A DNA stretch of 64,000 nucleotides from Chrysomallon squamiferum (GCA_012295275.1 CM022665.1:11284001-11348000); one strand, 5' to 3'. Numbered from the stretch's first letter, positions 14,175 to 35,569 are shown. The notes: generated by a model from the sequence alone, not told the origin. Numbers and translations are program-made.

Positions 14175-14312
14175 AAGTTAAGATGTTAAAGATCGTTGGT
14201 CACCAGGATCAAGGCTTCGTAAGTCTAAAAGACAATTAATCGAGATGGTTAAACACCCTTGGTTAGCAGGATCGAATCTTCATACGTGTAAAACACACAG
14301 ATAATGATGATG

Positions 14313-14343
<31 letters not shown>

Positions 14344-14750
14344 TGATGATGATGATAATAATGATGATGATGATGATGATGATGATAATGATGATGATGA
14401 TGATGATAATAATGATAATAATAATAATAGTAAAACAGAATAGTAGAAGTAGTAGTAGTAGTAATAATAAAAATAATAAACAACCACACATTTTTTAACA
14501 TCTCTGATTAGCAGGAACGAATCTTAGTATGTCTAAAAGACAAGATTAATACAGAAAGTTAAAGATGAATGGTTACCAGAGTCGAATTTTCCATTCGTCT
14601 AAACGAAATCGCTAATGGAGAATGCTGAAGATGGTTGGCTTGATTCTTTGTTAGTCTAAAATGCTAAAGATTGCTGGTTGTCAGCATTCAGTCTTTGTAT
14701 ATCTAAAATACGGAGAATGTTAAGATCTTAGGTTATCAGATACGAATCGC
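14175..14750. repeat. Degenerate ~60-bp tandem repeat interrupted by an (ATG)n/(ATA)n microsatellite
   Basis: Recurring gttaaagat..ggtt..cagga.cgaatctt..gtctaaaa motifs on both sides of 14302-14480. Confidence 0.6.
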
Positions 14751-17700
14751 GAGACATCACGAAGTCATAGCTAAAAAACAAATGACAAAGATAATGAACA
14801 GATACCTGATCGAATCTGGCTGTACGTTTGCACGACGAATCAAACTGACAATATTTAAAATTGTTACAGTTAGTCTCAGGTTACTGGGAATCGACACAAA
14901 CATGCAACTGAAAATTAATTATAATAATTAATGCATTAGAGTGAACAACTATTAAAGTTAAAAGAAACTGTTTATTTCTAATAAAAGCACAAATGGTAAT
15001 GGTAGTAGCAGCAGTAGTAGCAATAGTATTAATGGTAGTAGGGGTAGTGGTAGTGATGGTAGTAGTAGCATAGTGGTATGTATGTATGTATATGTATTTG
15101 TGTCGTTGTGTGTGTACCATTACCGTAATTATCTTTATTAATAATAAAATTTCAAGGTATAATTCCTTTGTTAATCTGTGCTGTTATTTATTTATGACAG
15201 AATATTATATAAATACGTAAATCTGGTGCATTTTGCACAGTTCCGTTGTATTGAAACATAAAAAGCTATGTTACTGTCATCTGAAACTGTGTCATAATTA
15301 TCATTAATTAGCTTATCATCAACAGCTATATATCACTGTCATCGATATAATCATTATTAACATCATCAACATCCACATCCACATTATCCAACGTCACCGT
15401 CGTTCAGATCATCAACACGATCATTATCAGTAGCATTGTTCTTACCGTCATAATCAGCAACGTCATCACAAACATCATATTAGTTATGGGAGTTTCTCCT
15501 TCTCAATGGAAGAAGACGTCAAATCAAGACTCTGCATTTGATGGCATGTCCGGCTCATTTAGCCGCTCACAAAACAATTATGCGTGTCTACAACCACGAC
15601 ATCTTATGAAAATGCTGACACTAATGATGCGACGACGTGCGATATAAAATGACGATTATAAAGTAATTATACTTATCGATTATCGTGGATTTCACGGTTT
15701 TTGCTTACGACTGAAGTAGTAAATACGTGGCTAACTGTGAGATGGTTTATAACTATATAGTTTTGTTATCTGTATTAAAAGATATAGCGTATATGCTGTT
15801 GTGTAAGAACATTTCTTTGACCATTTCTTCATTTATGGAAGGTTTGTAATACAATGGTTATAGTAATGGTTATTGCAATGGTAATAGTGGTAGCTGTAGT
15901 AGAAATATTTGTTCTGAAAGTACAGATGTATAATAAACATAGAATGTATAATAGACAAAGAAAAAAATGTAACTTTTGTTTCTTTCTCTCTCTTTTTTAT
16001 CTCTGTATGTCTCTCTCTCTGTTTGTACATCTGTCTTTCTCTCTCTATCCTCTAGCTCTCTCTCTTTCTCTCTCTGTCTCTCTCTTTCCTGTCTATCTCT
16101 CTCTTTCTCTCTCTCTCTGTCTGACTGATTGTCTTTCCAGATCAGTCTCTCTTTTTCTCTTTCTATTCATATCTCCCAAACTATCATGTACGTTTGTATG
16201 TGTGTATTTTCTATCCATCTACTTGCAATCGGTCGTAATCTGTTGTTGTGTTTGGGCTTTGTCCATTTATTTATTTAATCCTGAATTTTATTCTGTTAAT
16301 ATCCCACAACTATGTCTACCTGTCTATCGATAAATCTCTGTCCATACCTGTCTGTATAAGATTAGTGTCCAGTACACTCGAGATTCAGGAACATCAGAAA
16401 AAAAAAAAAAAAAATTAAAGAATAGCCGAGATGAAAAAGTTGAATAGCTAAAAGTATTTCAATAAAACGAATTAAAAGTCTGGCGTTAATCTTGCGATTT
16501 TTAAAATGTATTAATTATATATATATAAAAAAGCCAGATCAAAGTAAACTTTCATCTGTTACACATCAAACACTTCATTTTTACGGCACTCTAAATATCA
16601 AAACTCCATCCGCTGTAACTAAATTATTCCATCAGTTACGCAGATACCGGCTATTTAGTTATTCAGCAATTACGAATACTTACAGTTTGGTCTAAAAGCC
16701 CAAACTACTAGCCCAAGGTTATTCCAGTCAGAGTCTTTGTTTAAGTATATATTAAATATCGCTCTAGACTAATTAAGCTGGAGTCTGATAAGGTTAATAG
16801 CTAATGTCTAGATTGTGGACAATTTATTTGGGTTAGCGATTTTTTTTTTTTTTTTTTTTTTTTAATGAGTGTATATTAGGATGGAAATAAATTTCTGAAA
16901 TATTTATTTCGCGTGTTTGTTGGTAATTTTAAGTTCCATATTATCAAATGTAAGATTAGTTCTGTTTAGATACTATTAGTTTCAATTTATTTATTTATTT
17001 GTTTTAAATTTATTTATTTATTATTATTTTTTTTTTTAATGTCATCCATTGTGCTTTTTTTTTTAATAACCTGTGTTTTTGCCAATACGAGAAAAATATT
17101 TCGGACACATATACATTTGTCGTTCACGAGTATCAAAAATCTTCCAAATTACTACAGTTATCAAAACAAAAGCAAACAAATAAATAAACAAATAAATCAA
17201 TAAACATATAAATAAACAAAGAAGGAAAGAAAGAAAAGGTAAAGAAATTTTTTTTTTTTTTATGTTAATTTATATTAATTTTCCCAAATAGACTTTAACA
17301 TGAGAAGAAATTTAACAATAAAAATGTTTAAATTAATTTTGATTTTGAATCTTCGGCTAGATGTCGTCATATACACGGTAACGATTATACACAGTCAGAA
17401 TCATGGAAACATTTGTATGTCGTCATATACATGGTAACAAGTATTTATCTTCATACTCATGGTCACATTTACATCGTCATTAACATGGTAAATAAGTATC
17501 ATCTTATACATAATATGAATACCAAATTAATATCCAGCGTGGGGGGGGGGGTTAACGCGCTGTTGTTAGGCGAAAGATTACTTTTTAACACATATGTTTG
17601 TAATCCTCTATTTTAGCATCACAGAGGTAAAATGTTATTGGGATTACAGTTACATAATAAATATAAATTCTGATATTAAAACTGTCTAACTCATGTTTGG

Positions 17701-18596
17701 AAACAATTTAAACCACAGCTTATAAATATCGCAAAAAAAAAATAAGAAATCCACTTCGAACTATTTTAAAAACTGACTGTAATGACAGAGATTGTCACCG
17801 CTAAAACACAAATTTATTTTTTCTTTAAAAACATTGTAATGACAGTACTTATCAAAGCAGAACATTATTTATATTATTTCCTTTTTCGGTTTATTCTTGA
17901 AGGCACAACAACTTGTTGACTAAGCGAAATTAAACGAAAGTCGCCTCTAGAATTAATTTGTTTTCGTAACCTAGTGTCTCAGTAGAGTTCAGAAAAAGCC
18001 AGTGAAGATGAGTCTTGCTTTTTTTTTTTTTTTTTTCTTCCTCGAAATTAGAAAGATCTAATGGAATTAAATTGTGGCCAAGAGCAGTCGAGAGACAAAA
18101 CACGCATCGTAATCTTTTATACGTAATTTCAAAATAGAATGTTCTAGTCAGATGTGGAAAAAACCAAACACTTATTAATTGGCGACATCAGTATCAGTGA
18201 CAGTAATAACCAAGCTGGTATCTACTTCTGAACTGCGGACGTTTTGTTTGTGTTTGTTTGTTTGTTTGCTTGTTGGTTGGTTGGTTGATTGGTTGGTTGG
18301 TTGGCTGGTTCGTTCGTTCTTCCTTTCGTTCATTCCTTCCTTCCTTCCGTTCTTCTTTCCTTCCTTCCTTCCTTCCTTCATTCATTCATTCATCTATTAA
18401 TTAATTCATTTTTTTGTTGTTGTCTCACATAAATCAGTGAATAAATTAAATTAAAGAAAATTCCTTGAGGAATGATCTGAAATATGTTAACTGAAATGAT
18501 TTATTACATGTAGTCAAAAATACATTCACTCAGGTGACTTTTAGTTATCAGTGTTTACTCTGATTGCCTAGTCACCAGTGTATTTACTATGTATGG

Positions 18597-18926
18597 CAGG
18601 GGTTTTCAAACTTTTTGACTTGCGGACCCCTTTATATTTCAGGCTTTACCTTAGGGACCCCCTTATAAACGCTTATGAAATTTATAATAAATATTTGCTT
18701 AAAATAACATATATTTTTACATTTATTTAGGATATATTAGGATATATTACAAAATTATTTACCTGTTATTTCATGCGCTCACATTTACAAATATAAGAAA
18801 AAAGATTTCGATTAAAAAACATATATAAAATCAAACTGCCCATAAAAAGTATTCGCTGTCCACGGACCCCCTGTCTTGTACTTGCGGACCCCCTGTGGTC
18901 CGCGGACCACAGTTTGAAAACCCCTG
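18597..18926. mobile_element. Non-autonomous hAT DNA transposon (MITE), 330 bp
   Basis: Perfect TIRs CAGGGGTTTTCAAACT...AGTTTGAAAACCCCTG; perfect 8-bp TSD ATGTATGG (18589-18596 and 18927-18934); subterminal GCGGACCCC repeats. Confidence 0.95.
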
Positions 18927-19122
18927 ATGTATGGTATGTACATGTATGTACATACGTACGTACGTACGTATGCATATATGCATCTATCTATCTATCTATT
19001 TATATGTATGTATCTATGTGTATATGTATGTATACATGCATGCATATTTGTATATATCTCAACTACCATGACATTTTTTAGTATTTAAATCACTGAACAA
19101 TCTCTCTCTCTCTCTGTTTGTG

Positions 19123-19162
<40 letters not shown>

Positions 19163-21129
19163 TGTGTTTTAAAGTCACACACTGATATATTTTGTCTACC
19201 TGAATAAGTAGGTTTTATAATTTGGCTATAATTATGTATTAGACGTGTATGTATTTCCTTACTTGAAATACAAATATTCTTTGATTGTAGTAAAATTAAC
19301 TAGAACTGTCTATACAACAAATAATTTTAAAAACCCCAGTATGTACTTTTTATACATTTATTTTTAGAAACAACAAACACAACGACAATGATGATAATGA
19401 TGATCAAAAAAACTTAAACAAATAATTTATACAAATTTCGTTTCGTAAATATATATATTAAAGCAATAAATTATTTAAACATTGAACACTTAAATAACAA
19501 GAGTAAATTTATAAATATAGTATATTTAAGCACGAATGCCACAAGAAAGTACGATAACTACTGTATTTTTAATAATCCACTACAAAATGCCTTATCTCCC
19601 TTATTTCTCCAAAGTGTATTTCTTACATTTAAAAAAAAAGATTAATATTACAGAGGGAAGGCAGAGGTAAATTGTGCCATTTTCCAGTTAAGTCGACAGG
19701 TATGAACAAAAATTAATCCACAAAAATTAATAGGGAGCCTCACAGAGCAAGATCTTTTTCGTATATATGGGCAGTATTAAGAACAATGATGTGGTGAGAA
19801 GGTTGAAAATGATTTGGGATAAGCTGTGCCAATTTGGGTTAAGATGTGCTAGTAGTGGTAATGGCAATAACAAGCACATTGTTTATAACACATTTTCAGC
19901 AGTTTTTCCGGATTTTGAACCAACATGTAATAATATCAAAATGTAATAGATGTGGCCAAAACACTCTGACAACTGAGCTATAACTTTCATCAGGACTCGT
20001 ACAAAAAGTATAGGTAATCATCCCAGAAAGGACTATAAATGTAGACATATGAGTGATTAATATATCCGACACTGCAGTGGCAACGAACTGACGTAACAGT
20101 GTGTAAACAGTACTGATGTGATTCTACATGTATCCTAAATCCAGTCTACACAGACTAATGTTATTACGTTTTCTGGTAACAAAAAAATAAATATCTAAAA
20201 ATCTATGTTTTGTTCACACTTTGCTTTACTCGGCCTACATGTGCATTAGGTCAGATTGTAGGCAACTTGCCGTGTCTTAAGGTTTCGCGCGAACTGCAGC
20301 AGTCTTTGGCTTGGAATGTTTGTGAATAATATCATATTAAAATGATTCTGGATCAGAATCGGAAAAACTTATCTCATCATCATCATCATGCTGCTCCACT
20401 ACTTGCTTTTTATGTCTTTGTGTAACAGAATTTTTATTTTTTATTTTTTTTTGCACTAGGTACCGAGGTCTTGCCCTTTTTCTCTTGGCCTTTCTTACGT
20501 TTTGTTGTGATAACTGACTAGAGGAAATGCGAACATGGGTGGTGCTATGGCACAGCTTGTCCCATCATCACTGCCACATTTTAACCCTTGTTGACCATGA
20601 TGTGAAAGCAACGGATACAATTAGAGCTACCGACTCTAGTTATCATACACTACATATGATTACAGGATAATCTGTTATCTGAAGACAAAGGACATTCACA
20701 AACCTAAAATCGACTTTAGACACTAAAATTCATACTTTTCATCATCATTACTTTTGTTCTTCAGAAATTTCAAGTCACCCTATGCTAATAAGAAATGTAT
20801 GCTAACAGTAATCAGTAGACGGAAGCACCTTTCAGTCATATTACTTACCCCGTGTACATGTTATCCCCCCCCTTCTCTCCTACCCATCTGGATTAAAAAA
20901 AAAAAATTAAAAAAAAAAAAATTAAAAATTAAAAAAAAAAAAGAAAAAAAAGAGATGATTATTATGTTAATAATGAATGTTAACTAGAAACCGTCATCAC
21001 AGTCCAGGTTGGTGAGACAAGGAATAGTCCCTGAATTAACTGGTTTCCGATGAAAGGAATCGTTGCCGGACACGAATACGGATTGGAATCTGAAAGTGTG
21101 TTTTAATTTTAATTTTATTATTATTATTA

Positions 21130-21168
<39 letters not shown>

Positions 21169-21171
21169 TAA

Positions 21172-21204
<33 letters not shown>

Positions 21205-21534
21205 TAAATTATTATTATTATTATTATTTTTTAAATTATTATTATTATTATTATTATTACTTTATTTTTAACTAATTAAATATATATACAACTGTATACA
21301 TATACCTACCTACCTACCTACCTACCTACATACATACATACATATATAATTGATAAATAACAAAATAAAACTGCCTTAAAAGACTGAAATTTAATCACTT
21401 TTTTTGAACAGACTGGAGGCTTAATAAAAATATAATAATTTAATATAAACCGCTTACTGAGATTGAGTTTGCACAGTATTTTACAATCCCCTTTTCCTGC
21501 CGTTTTCTACTGGCTTGAATGAGGAATAGCTCAA

Positions 21535-21945
21535 CAGCAGTAGCAGTGGTAGTGGAAACAGCAGTAACAGTAATGGCAATAGTAGTAGTGTAGCAATGGT
21601 AATAGTAGTAGCAGTAGTAACCGCTGTAGGAGTAAAGGTAATAGCAGTAGCAGTAATAATAGTGATAGCAGTAGCTGCAGTAATAGTAATAGTAGTTGTA
21701 GTAGTAGTAGTATGCAGTAGTATCTGTAGTAATAATAAGTGTAACAGTAATAATAGCAGTAATAGTAATAACAGCAGTAGCAGTAGTACTAGTGATAGTA
21801 GTAATAGCAGAAACAGAAGTATTAGTACTACTAGTAGTAGTAATAGTGATAACTGTAGTAGTAGTAATAGTAATAGTAGCTGTAATAGCAGTAATAGCAG
21901 TAGTAGTAGTAGTAATAGTGTTAGTTGTAGTAGTAGTAGTAGTAA
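21535..21945. repeat. (TAG/TAA/CAG)n low-complexity tract, representative of many microsatellites (AG, AC, AAT, ATG, AAAT) across the window
   Basis: Directly visible; source of the spurious poly-T/S/V/Y ORFs. Confidence 0.95.
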
Positions 21946-21955
21946 CGATTCTTAC

Positions 21956-22555
21956 TCCATTTTTCCAGGTGATAGTTTTCCATCGTTTAAGGTGTGGACA
22001 GAAGGGGGAAAACTCTGCATGACGAATCCAAGCAATGGACGCCAACTCCACATTCAAAACAATGTAGACTGTCGTTTTCACCTTTGCGAAACAAAGAGAT
22101 CTTTTAAAAATTGCTGCTGCTGCTATTACTAAAAAATTAATTCTATAATAATAATGTCAACAGAAACAACAACAACAGTAATAATAATAATAATAATGGC
22201 CGCTGCCAGCGCGCCTAAGCTGCTCGTTGTCCCATTTAGGGGATATAAGCGTCTAGAACACTATGACAGCGATTTGTATATTTTAAACTGTGACAGTAAA
22301 ATATATCAACTAGATAAATAAGACATCGATAAGAGTGCAGTTTGGTTTATTAATTTATTTACGAACATATTACAAACAAGAAAATAAACACAACTAAATT
22401 ATTTACGGAAACCGGAATTAAAATACGGAATCAGCTGAATCGTAATAAAAGACGGATTCGGTCACAGGTGAGGCAAGTAACTACGTTAATAGGAATTTAA
22501 GTTATATATTAAACAAATATCCATTAATGACACAGAATACACTGACTAATAACGT

Positions 22556-22597
<42 letters not shown>

Positions 22598-23453
22598 AAA
22601 ACAAAGAAGAAACATTTCTTACAATAACCCACTGCCAAATGCTTATCAAAGCAAGATCAAAGTTCAAGTTGTCTCCCGTGACATGACACGGAACCACCGT
22701 ATTGCGCAACCGCCCGCTTGTCGCTTCTGGAACTGAAACCCCCATGCCTGGGTATATTAGACTACTTTGGACGCCGATGAAAACCGCGAACGAAAGTAAA
22801 AAAACAAAACAAGAAGCCACTTGATGGGATAAATTTCAAAGCTGTGTCATTTTATCACACAAAACTCGCCATATCTTGTCCGCTAGTTAATGTAACTAAA
22901 AAAAAAAAAAAAAGTACCTCATCGCGTATTTTCTTGTAAAAGTGTATAACGAATGGTCAAAAAGAAGTTTAATTAGTTGCATATATCGGCAGTTAAACGC
23001 CATTTCACACACAGAGACTAGATAATCCAAAAGATTACATATAAAAATTAGCACGTTAATAAAATTATTTGTTTTAATACACAACAAATAAAATAATTAT
23101 AAAAATCGGTTCTTTCAGACATTTTGCAGCAGTAATACAAAATAAAATATTATCAGTTATAAAACCGTACCTGTACAAAAAAACCCGGCTTTTGCGGCTT
23201 CATTTGGGAAGTTATCATACCGAGTATTATCCTGGAAGGACTTTATTCTGTCTTTGAGGTATTCCATGTCTGGATGTCGCTGGCTTGTTGGATTAGTAAC
23301 AGTGAAGAAAACTTCGGTCAGCGATAATTGAGAGTCGTAGTCGTTACTAATTATTGGTGATATTATATGTCGAATATCACCGACAATTGCTCGCGGAATT
23401 CTTGCGATGTCATCTTCACATAAATACAGCTTCTTTCCTTGACGCGAGCTCAT
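21956..23453 (-). pseudogene. Single-BIR mini-IAP paralog A with frameshift in BIR (exons 23453-23171, 22081-21956)
   Basis: Exon 1 ends HPDMEYLKDRIKSF..EAAKAGFFCTG with phase-1 donor gtacgg. Exon 2 reads GENDSLHCFECGVGVH, then shifts frame to AWIRHAEFSPFCPHL. It is 126 nt versus 146 nt in the paralogs, i.e. a 20-nt deletion of the WxxxDD segment. Confidence 0.85.
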
Positions 23454-23534
23454 TTTCTTTGAAGTAGATCTGCATAAAATATAATTATTATAGCTGTCAG
23501 AACTATTTTATAAACTAATTTAAATATGATCATT

Positions 23535-23610
<76 letters not shown>

Positions 23611-23958
23611 ACAAGATTAATTTATAAAACAATATTATTTTTCACATCTGCAACATTTATTAATGTTTACCCGTTTGATTCTATTATTTGATATTAATTA
23701 ATGCTGTTATTCTAATTTTTTAAATTATTAGAGATACTGTCACGTACAGTGCCATAAATTTATTATAAATCATTTTAACTGGCGTCAGTCGTCAGATTCA
23801 GCGTGCATACGTGCGTGTGTTATTGTAATTATTAGAATCTAATATGTCGCGGGTTATTGTATTCGCAGAACTGTTGGTGTACGATAATGGTTTACGATAG
23901 AAACATCTTTCCAGCACTTGAAACGTATATAAATAAATCAAAGCTATACTCTACTTAC

Positions 23959-24458
23959 CTATGCAAGCTTTTGTAAGGTTTCAGATATAAAAACAACGAT
24001 AACAGTGCGTGATTTCAGTCTGAAAAAACCCACAAAAAAACTTCCCCCAAAAAACCACATTATGATTATATTACAATAAAGAATTTTTTTAAATTATCTT
24101 TTCCTGGGAAAATGCTTACATCATATTATTGCTCTATTTTTATTCACCAGCAAGGGATCATCTATATCCGAGGACGGACACTAACCTGTCATACAGCATT
24201 ACACCTACATACAGCATTACAGTAAAATTGTGTAGTATCTGAAGTGTACATATGAATAGAATACACGTTGTTATGGAGATTAGGATTTTTTTTTTTTTTT
24301 TTTCAATCCTTAAAATCGGGCTAAAATTGATCTACCCCATACCACACATTTCATTCTAAATATATATAGTTTCTGTGTGAGTGAGTGAATGGAACAGTCC
24401 ATTTATTTTGCGATTGCGCAGTTTAAAAAGGAAGTAAGACAGACAAGTCACTACTACG
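23959..24458. promoter_or_regulatory. Putative bidirectional promoter between mini-IAP A (-) and the IAP (+)
   Basis: Strong minus-strand donor AG|gtaagt at 23959 and plus-strand donor CG|gtaaga at 24458 face outward 500 bp apart; TTCCTGGGAA near 24101, GGAAGT at 24430, kB-like GGGTTTTTCCC at 24670. Confidence 0.4.
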
Positions 24459-26918
24459 GTAAGATAATAATGATACATATTTTATTTTACTAACGTTGTA
24501 ATTCGTTTATACATCTTTAAAACTGTGTGTATGTGTATATGTGTGTACAGTTCATCCATGATATTTGCTTTCAAACTTTCTGCTAATTATCCAACTTTGT
24601 AGAACAGTTGAAATGAATCATCTTTGTTCTTTGATAAATTATTATTAGTAACAGTTAAATTTGGAATTTGGGTTTTTCCCATTATGTTACTTTATATAGT
24701 TGGGAATACCTGAAATATATCAATAATATTTCTGTATCCAGTGGATATATTATAAAATGATTCACAGTCGTTGTTGTTATTGTTGTTGTTGTTGCTATTA
24801 TTATTATTACTATTATTATTAGAATGTTATCTGAAATGGGATAAAATCCAAAATTTGTCCAAAGTTAAATTCATTTATACTCCAGATATAATATCCTATA
24901 TATATATAAATAATAATATTTTTAAAACATTGCATCAGAAAAGATGGTTTCATTTCAGTGTTCCTTTATTATGTTTTTATTATATATATGTGTGTATATA
25001 TATATGTATATGCATTTTTAAAAATTATTTTACACAATATATCAATAAAAATAAATATCTGACCATATATCCACTAATCAAACTGCAACACCAATAAAAA
25101 AAATAAAAACAAACATACCCAAACCTAATGCAGTGTCACTATTTCAGATGGTCCTTTTCAAATACAAGAGAGCAATCAGAAATTGCCACTGCTCGAGTTT
25201 GATACTGTATCCAGTTTCAGATTCCTTCACTGTTTAAACCTTACTGTTTTATGTCACTGTAGTTTTAAACCACCATATTTATCATATTATGCTTAATGAA
25301 GTTTATTTTGAACAATCCTATCCCTGGAAATAGATAATGTTTATTTATTTATTTGTTGTTGTTAATTTTATTTTTATTGTTAATATTATTATTATTATTA
25401 TTATTATTATAAATATTAACAATAAATAGTAATGATAATAACAAAAACTACAGCAACAAATATAATAATGACAAGAAGAAGAAGAAATAGAAGAATACTG
25501 TTGTTGCTATTATTATCATTATCATTATATACATGGAAAATTAAAATATGTAATTCTAATAGGCCATATTAACAAAGTGCAATTTCAAACTTGAACAACT
25601 GCTTCAGAATGTTTAAGATGTACAATCCAGGCGTATATCCACAATATTTTTTAATACATAAAAGATAATATCAGTTTTACAAGTTATATAGAACTGAAAC
25701 ACAAAATAATAGATTAAAAGTGACTCATGCAACAATTAACAGGATGAAAATTGTACTAGTTTCAGATTGCTCAGTGAGAGTTACCACAAGAGATATTATA
25801 TTTTCACTGACAGGTATTTTAATATACAGTTAAAGTTTCACTCTGTGATGAAAATAATAAAATATGAGTGAAAATTTTAACATCCATTTTTGTAATGAGA
25901 CCTTTTGTCAGAAGTATATTCTGAGTGCTGTAAGTACAAAATATAATTATCATGATGAACAGTAATGTGTTCATAAGAATTTCCTGTCAGTCAGTTTAAA
26001 TATGACTTTTATTTATAGGATATATAACATATAGGATAGTTACTTATGTTTTGATCCACTGACATGACTGCTGTTAGATTTCCATTTGTTTAATTATTAA
26101 TATTGGATAAAATGATTGAATGCATAATGTTCATAGATAGTGTAAGTGGTGTTTATCTGTCATGTAATTAAAAAAAAAACATATGTGTAATAAGAAAAAC
26201 TTAATTTCAGGACATTCTCAGACTGTTGGAAAAAACTTCAATTTTGAATTAAACTATTTTTCAGCCTGGGGCAAATAGAAACTGTGACACCAGTATTAAA
26301 CTATATATGTATGTGTGTTCATATGTATTTTAGGATTTGAATATGTCTGTATACAGTATGTATTTATATGTGTGTGTATGTATCTATGTATGTATGTATA
26401 TATGTGTATTTATGTGTATTTGTATGTGTTTATATGTATGTGTGCATATATGTGTGTGTGATTATGTGTTTATAGTATATGCATGTATACATCATATGTA
26501 TATGTATGTATATGTCTATGTAATTATGTTTGTGTGTGTATGTATATATGTATGTATGTATATAGTAAGTATCTGTGTATGTTTATATATGTGTGTGAAT
26601 GTGTGCATGTTTATGAAGTAAATGCCTGTGTGTAGGTATGTTCTTTTTTTTTCTTCTTTTTTAGTGATAATGTGTATTTCTGTATTCATCTTTTTTAATG
26701 TATATTTGTATATATATTTACATTTATATATATGTTTTATGAGCAATTATATTTATATTCTTAACATGAATTGTTGGAAAAATAATAGTCTATAGAAAAC
26801 AGTACTGACACATAGAGTTATAAATGTGTTACTTTCTTGTAAGGAAAAACAATTTATTAACTGAATTCTTAATCTTTTTTTTTTCCACAGCATCCAGTGT
26901 ACTAAATACAGTTAGAAG

Positions 26919-33549
<6,631 letters not shown>

Positions 33550-33638
33550 CAAAAGTGAAAACTTTTACCCAGAACCCAGTTGTATTCTCAGATTCTTGGA
33601 AGCAGATATATATATATACATACACACATACTTAAACT

Positions 33639-33678
<40 letters not shown>

Positions 33679-34019
33679 TACATACATACATACACATTTA
33701 CATATATGCATATATAAACACATACATACACATGTACAAGATAATTGTTAACTGTAAGATAATTACAAACTAGTATAAAGTTTCTTTCCTGAATAGTCTA
33801 ATGATATAATTTTAGATTTGTTTTTTAATTTTTTATTTATTTGTTTATTTTTTGGTTGTAAATATAGAAAATTTTACTGATACAGTAATTTAAGATTTCT
33901 TTATATACATTTATGACATTTTTTTCTTGTAAATCATATTTCTTATTTAACTGTTTATTTGCTTGAGTGTATTGTATTTTTTTAACTTTTTTATTTATTT
34001 TTATTTTATTTTTTGTTTT

Positions 34020-35569
34020 TGTTTCTTGTTGTTATATGTAAAACAAATGAAAAGTAATGAGGGAAACTGTATTTAATACATTCAACATACCTGATAGACT
34101 CCTAAAGCCGTTTAAGTTGTAAATCCGTTCTTTTTTTTAAATTGTTTTTTCATCTTTTTGGAAACCGGATAATTGGTGCGATGGCTATATTAGCTTTATT
34201 ATTAATATTATTATTATTGTACTGAACTAATTTGTTTTGTAATTATATGGACAATTGGAAGACTCTAACACCATGAAAAAAAAATATATATCATTTAATT
34301 ATTTGTATCTGAGAGAGGAAGGAAAGCTGTAACATCCGTCACAGGAGAAGTAGATACAGTAAGATCCAACACATTCCTCCTATAAGTGAAGAAAAATCTT
34401 TACTACTGTCTTTGTCATTTAACATCTTTAACACAAAAGCTGGTTTCACTTATCCACACAGATGACAAAACACTTTTCGGGAAAGGTGATGCATTTTGAT
34501 GATTCGAAAATCTGAACTGACTGTTTTGAACGGAGCTAGTTCCTCCGGGATCTGGACATCTACAGAAGACGAAACCTGCTACAATGAAAGTGACATATAT
34601 CATTAAGGAATTGCCCATAAAGTTACAGACTGTGGTTTGCTTTGGAACATGTACCTTTCTGTCCCATTCAATAATATAAAAGCAAGTTGTAAGTGTCGCT
34701 GTATTCCAAAGACACAAACGGGTCGTTAGGGGAAAATGTTAACCAAAACAATTTTTTATTTCTTATTTGTTATTTATTTTTACCGTTACTTAATTATAAC
34801 GGCGGTTTTATTTAATTTACTGTGTAGATGAAGCAGATATAAAAGGAATGTTCGGAAGGCTGAAACTTTTAGGATAACTGTACTTTTTCATACAAAGCAC
34901 CTCGTACCTGACATGATGTATGTATGTTTGCTGTTGATCTTGGTCCTGAAACCATAACAAAAGTTTAAAATGGTTATGACGCTAAAAGGGTTAATTTTCT
35001 TTACCAAGAGAAATTAATCTGGTAGAATCAGTTACCTTGACCTAGTGTCAGTATCTCTGAGGTCATTTCCGACCAAATATGTTTTTATTAACCCTATTTA
35101 AACAGCATATCGGGCCTCAACAGAGACACATAGTCACAGTCTGGTGAGATTTAAGAATTGAATGAGAAATAAGTGAACAGTCACCCAAGTTTCGGATACT
35201 TTCTCACTGTCGTACATACAAACACACTAAGTAAATAAATACAAAATAGTACTCTCCTTAGTCTGTTGAGAAAAGAACGAAAATGTCATTTCCCTTACTA
35301 GCAGAAATACATTTAGACTGTTTATTTTTGTATTACACTTTGATTCCTAATCTAAAATTATCAGAATCATGGAGGAATGGTGATCCGTTTGTGTCAGTTG
35401 GAATAACTGCTGTACATATATATGTACATGATAAATTTATGTTATTCGCATGTTACAACCCTTACTTTTGTCAGTGGATGAATATTGAATGGAATATGAA
35501 CAATAAACAGAAAATGTTACTGAGTAAAAATGATATTAATTTTTGTATTTATTATTATTATTTTTCTTA

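Noticed and set aside
25563-25690. LEQLLQNV*DVQSRRISTIFFNT*KIISVLQVI as a second ERMARD relic
   Set aside because: Weak similarity, several stops and wrong order relative to the 27983 exon; needs tblastn to be believed.
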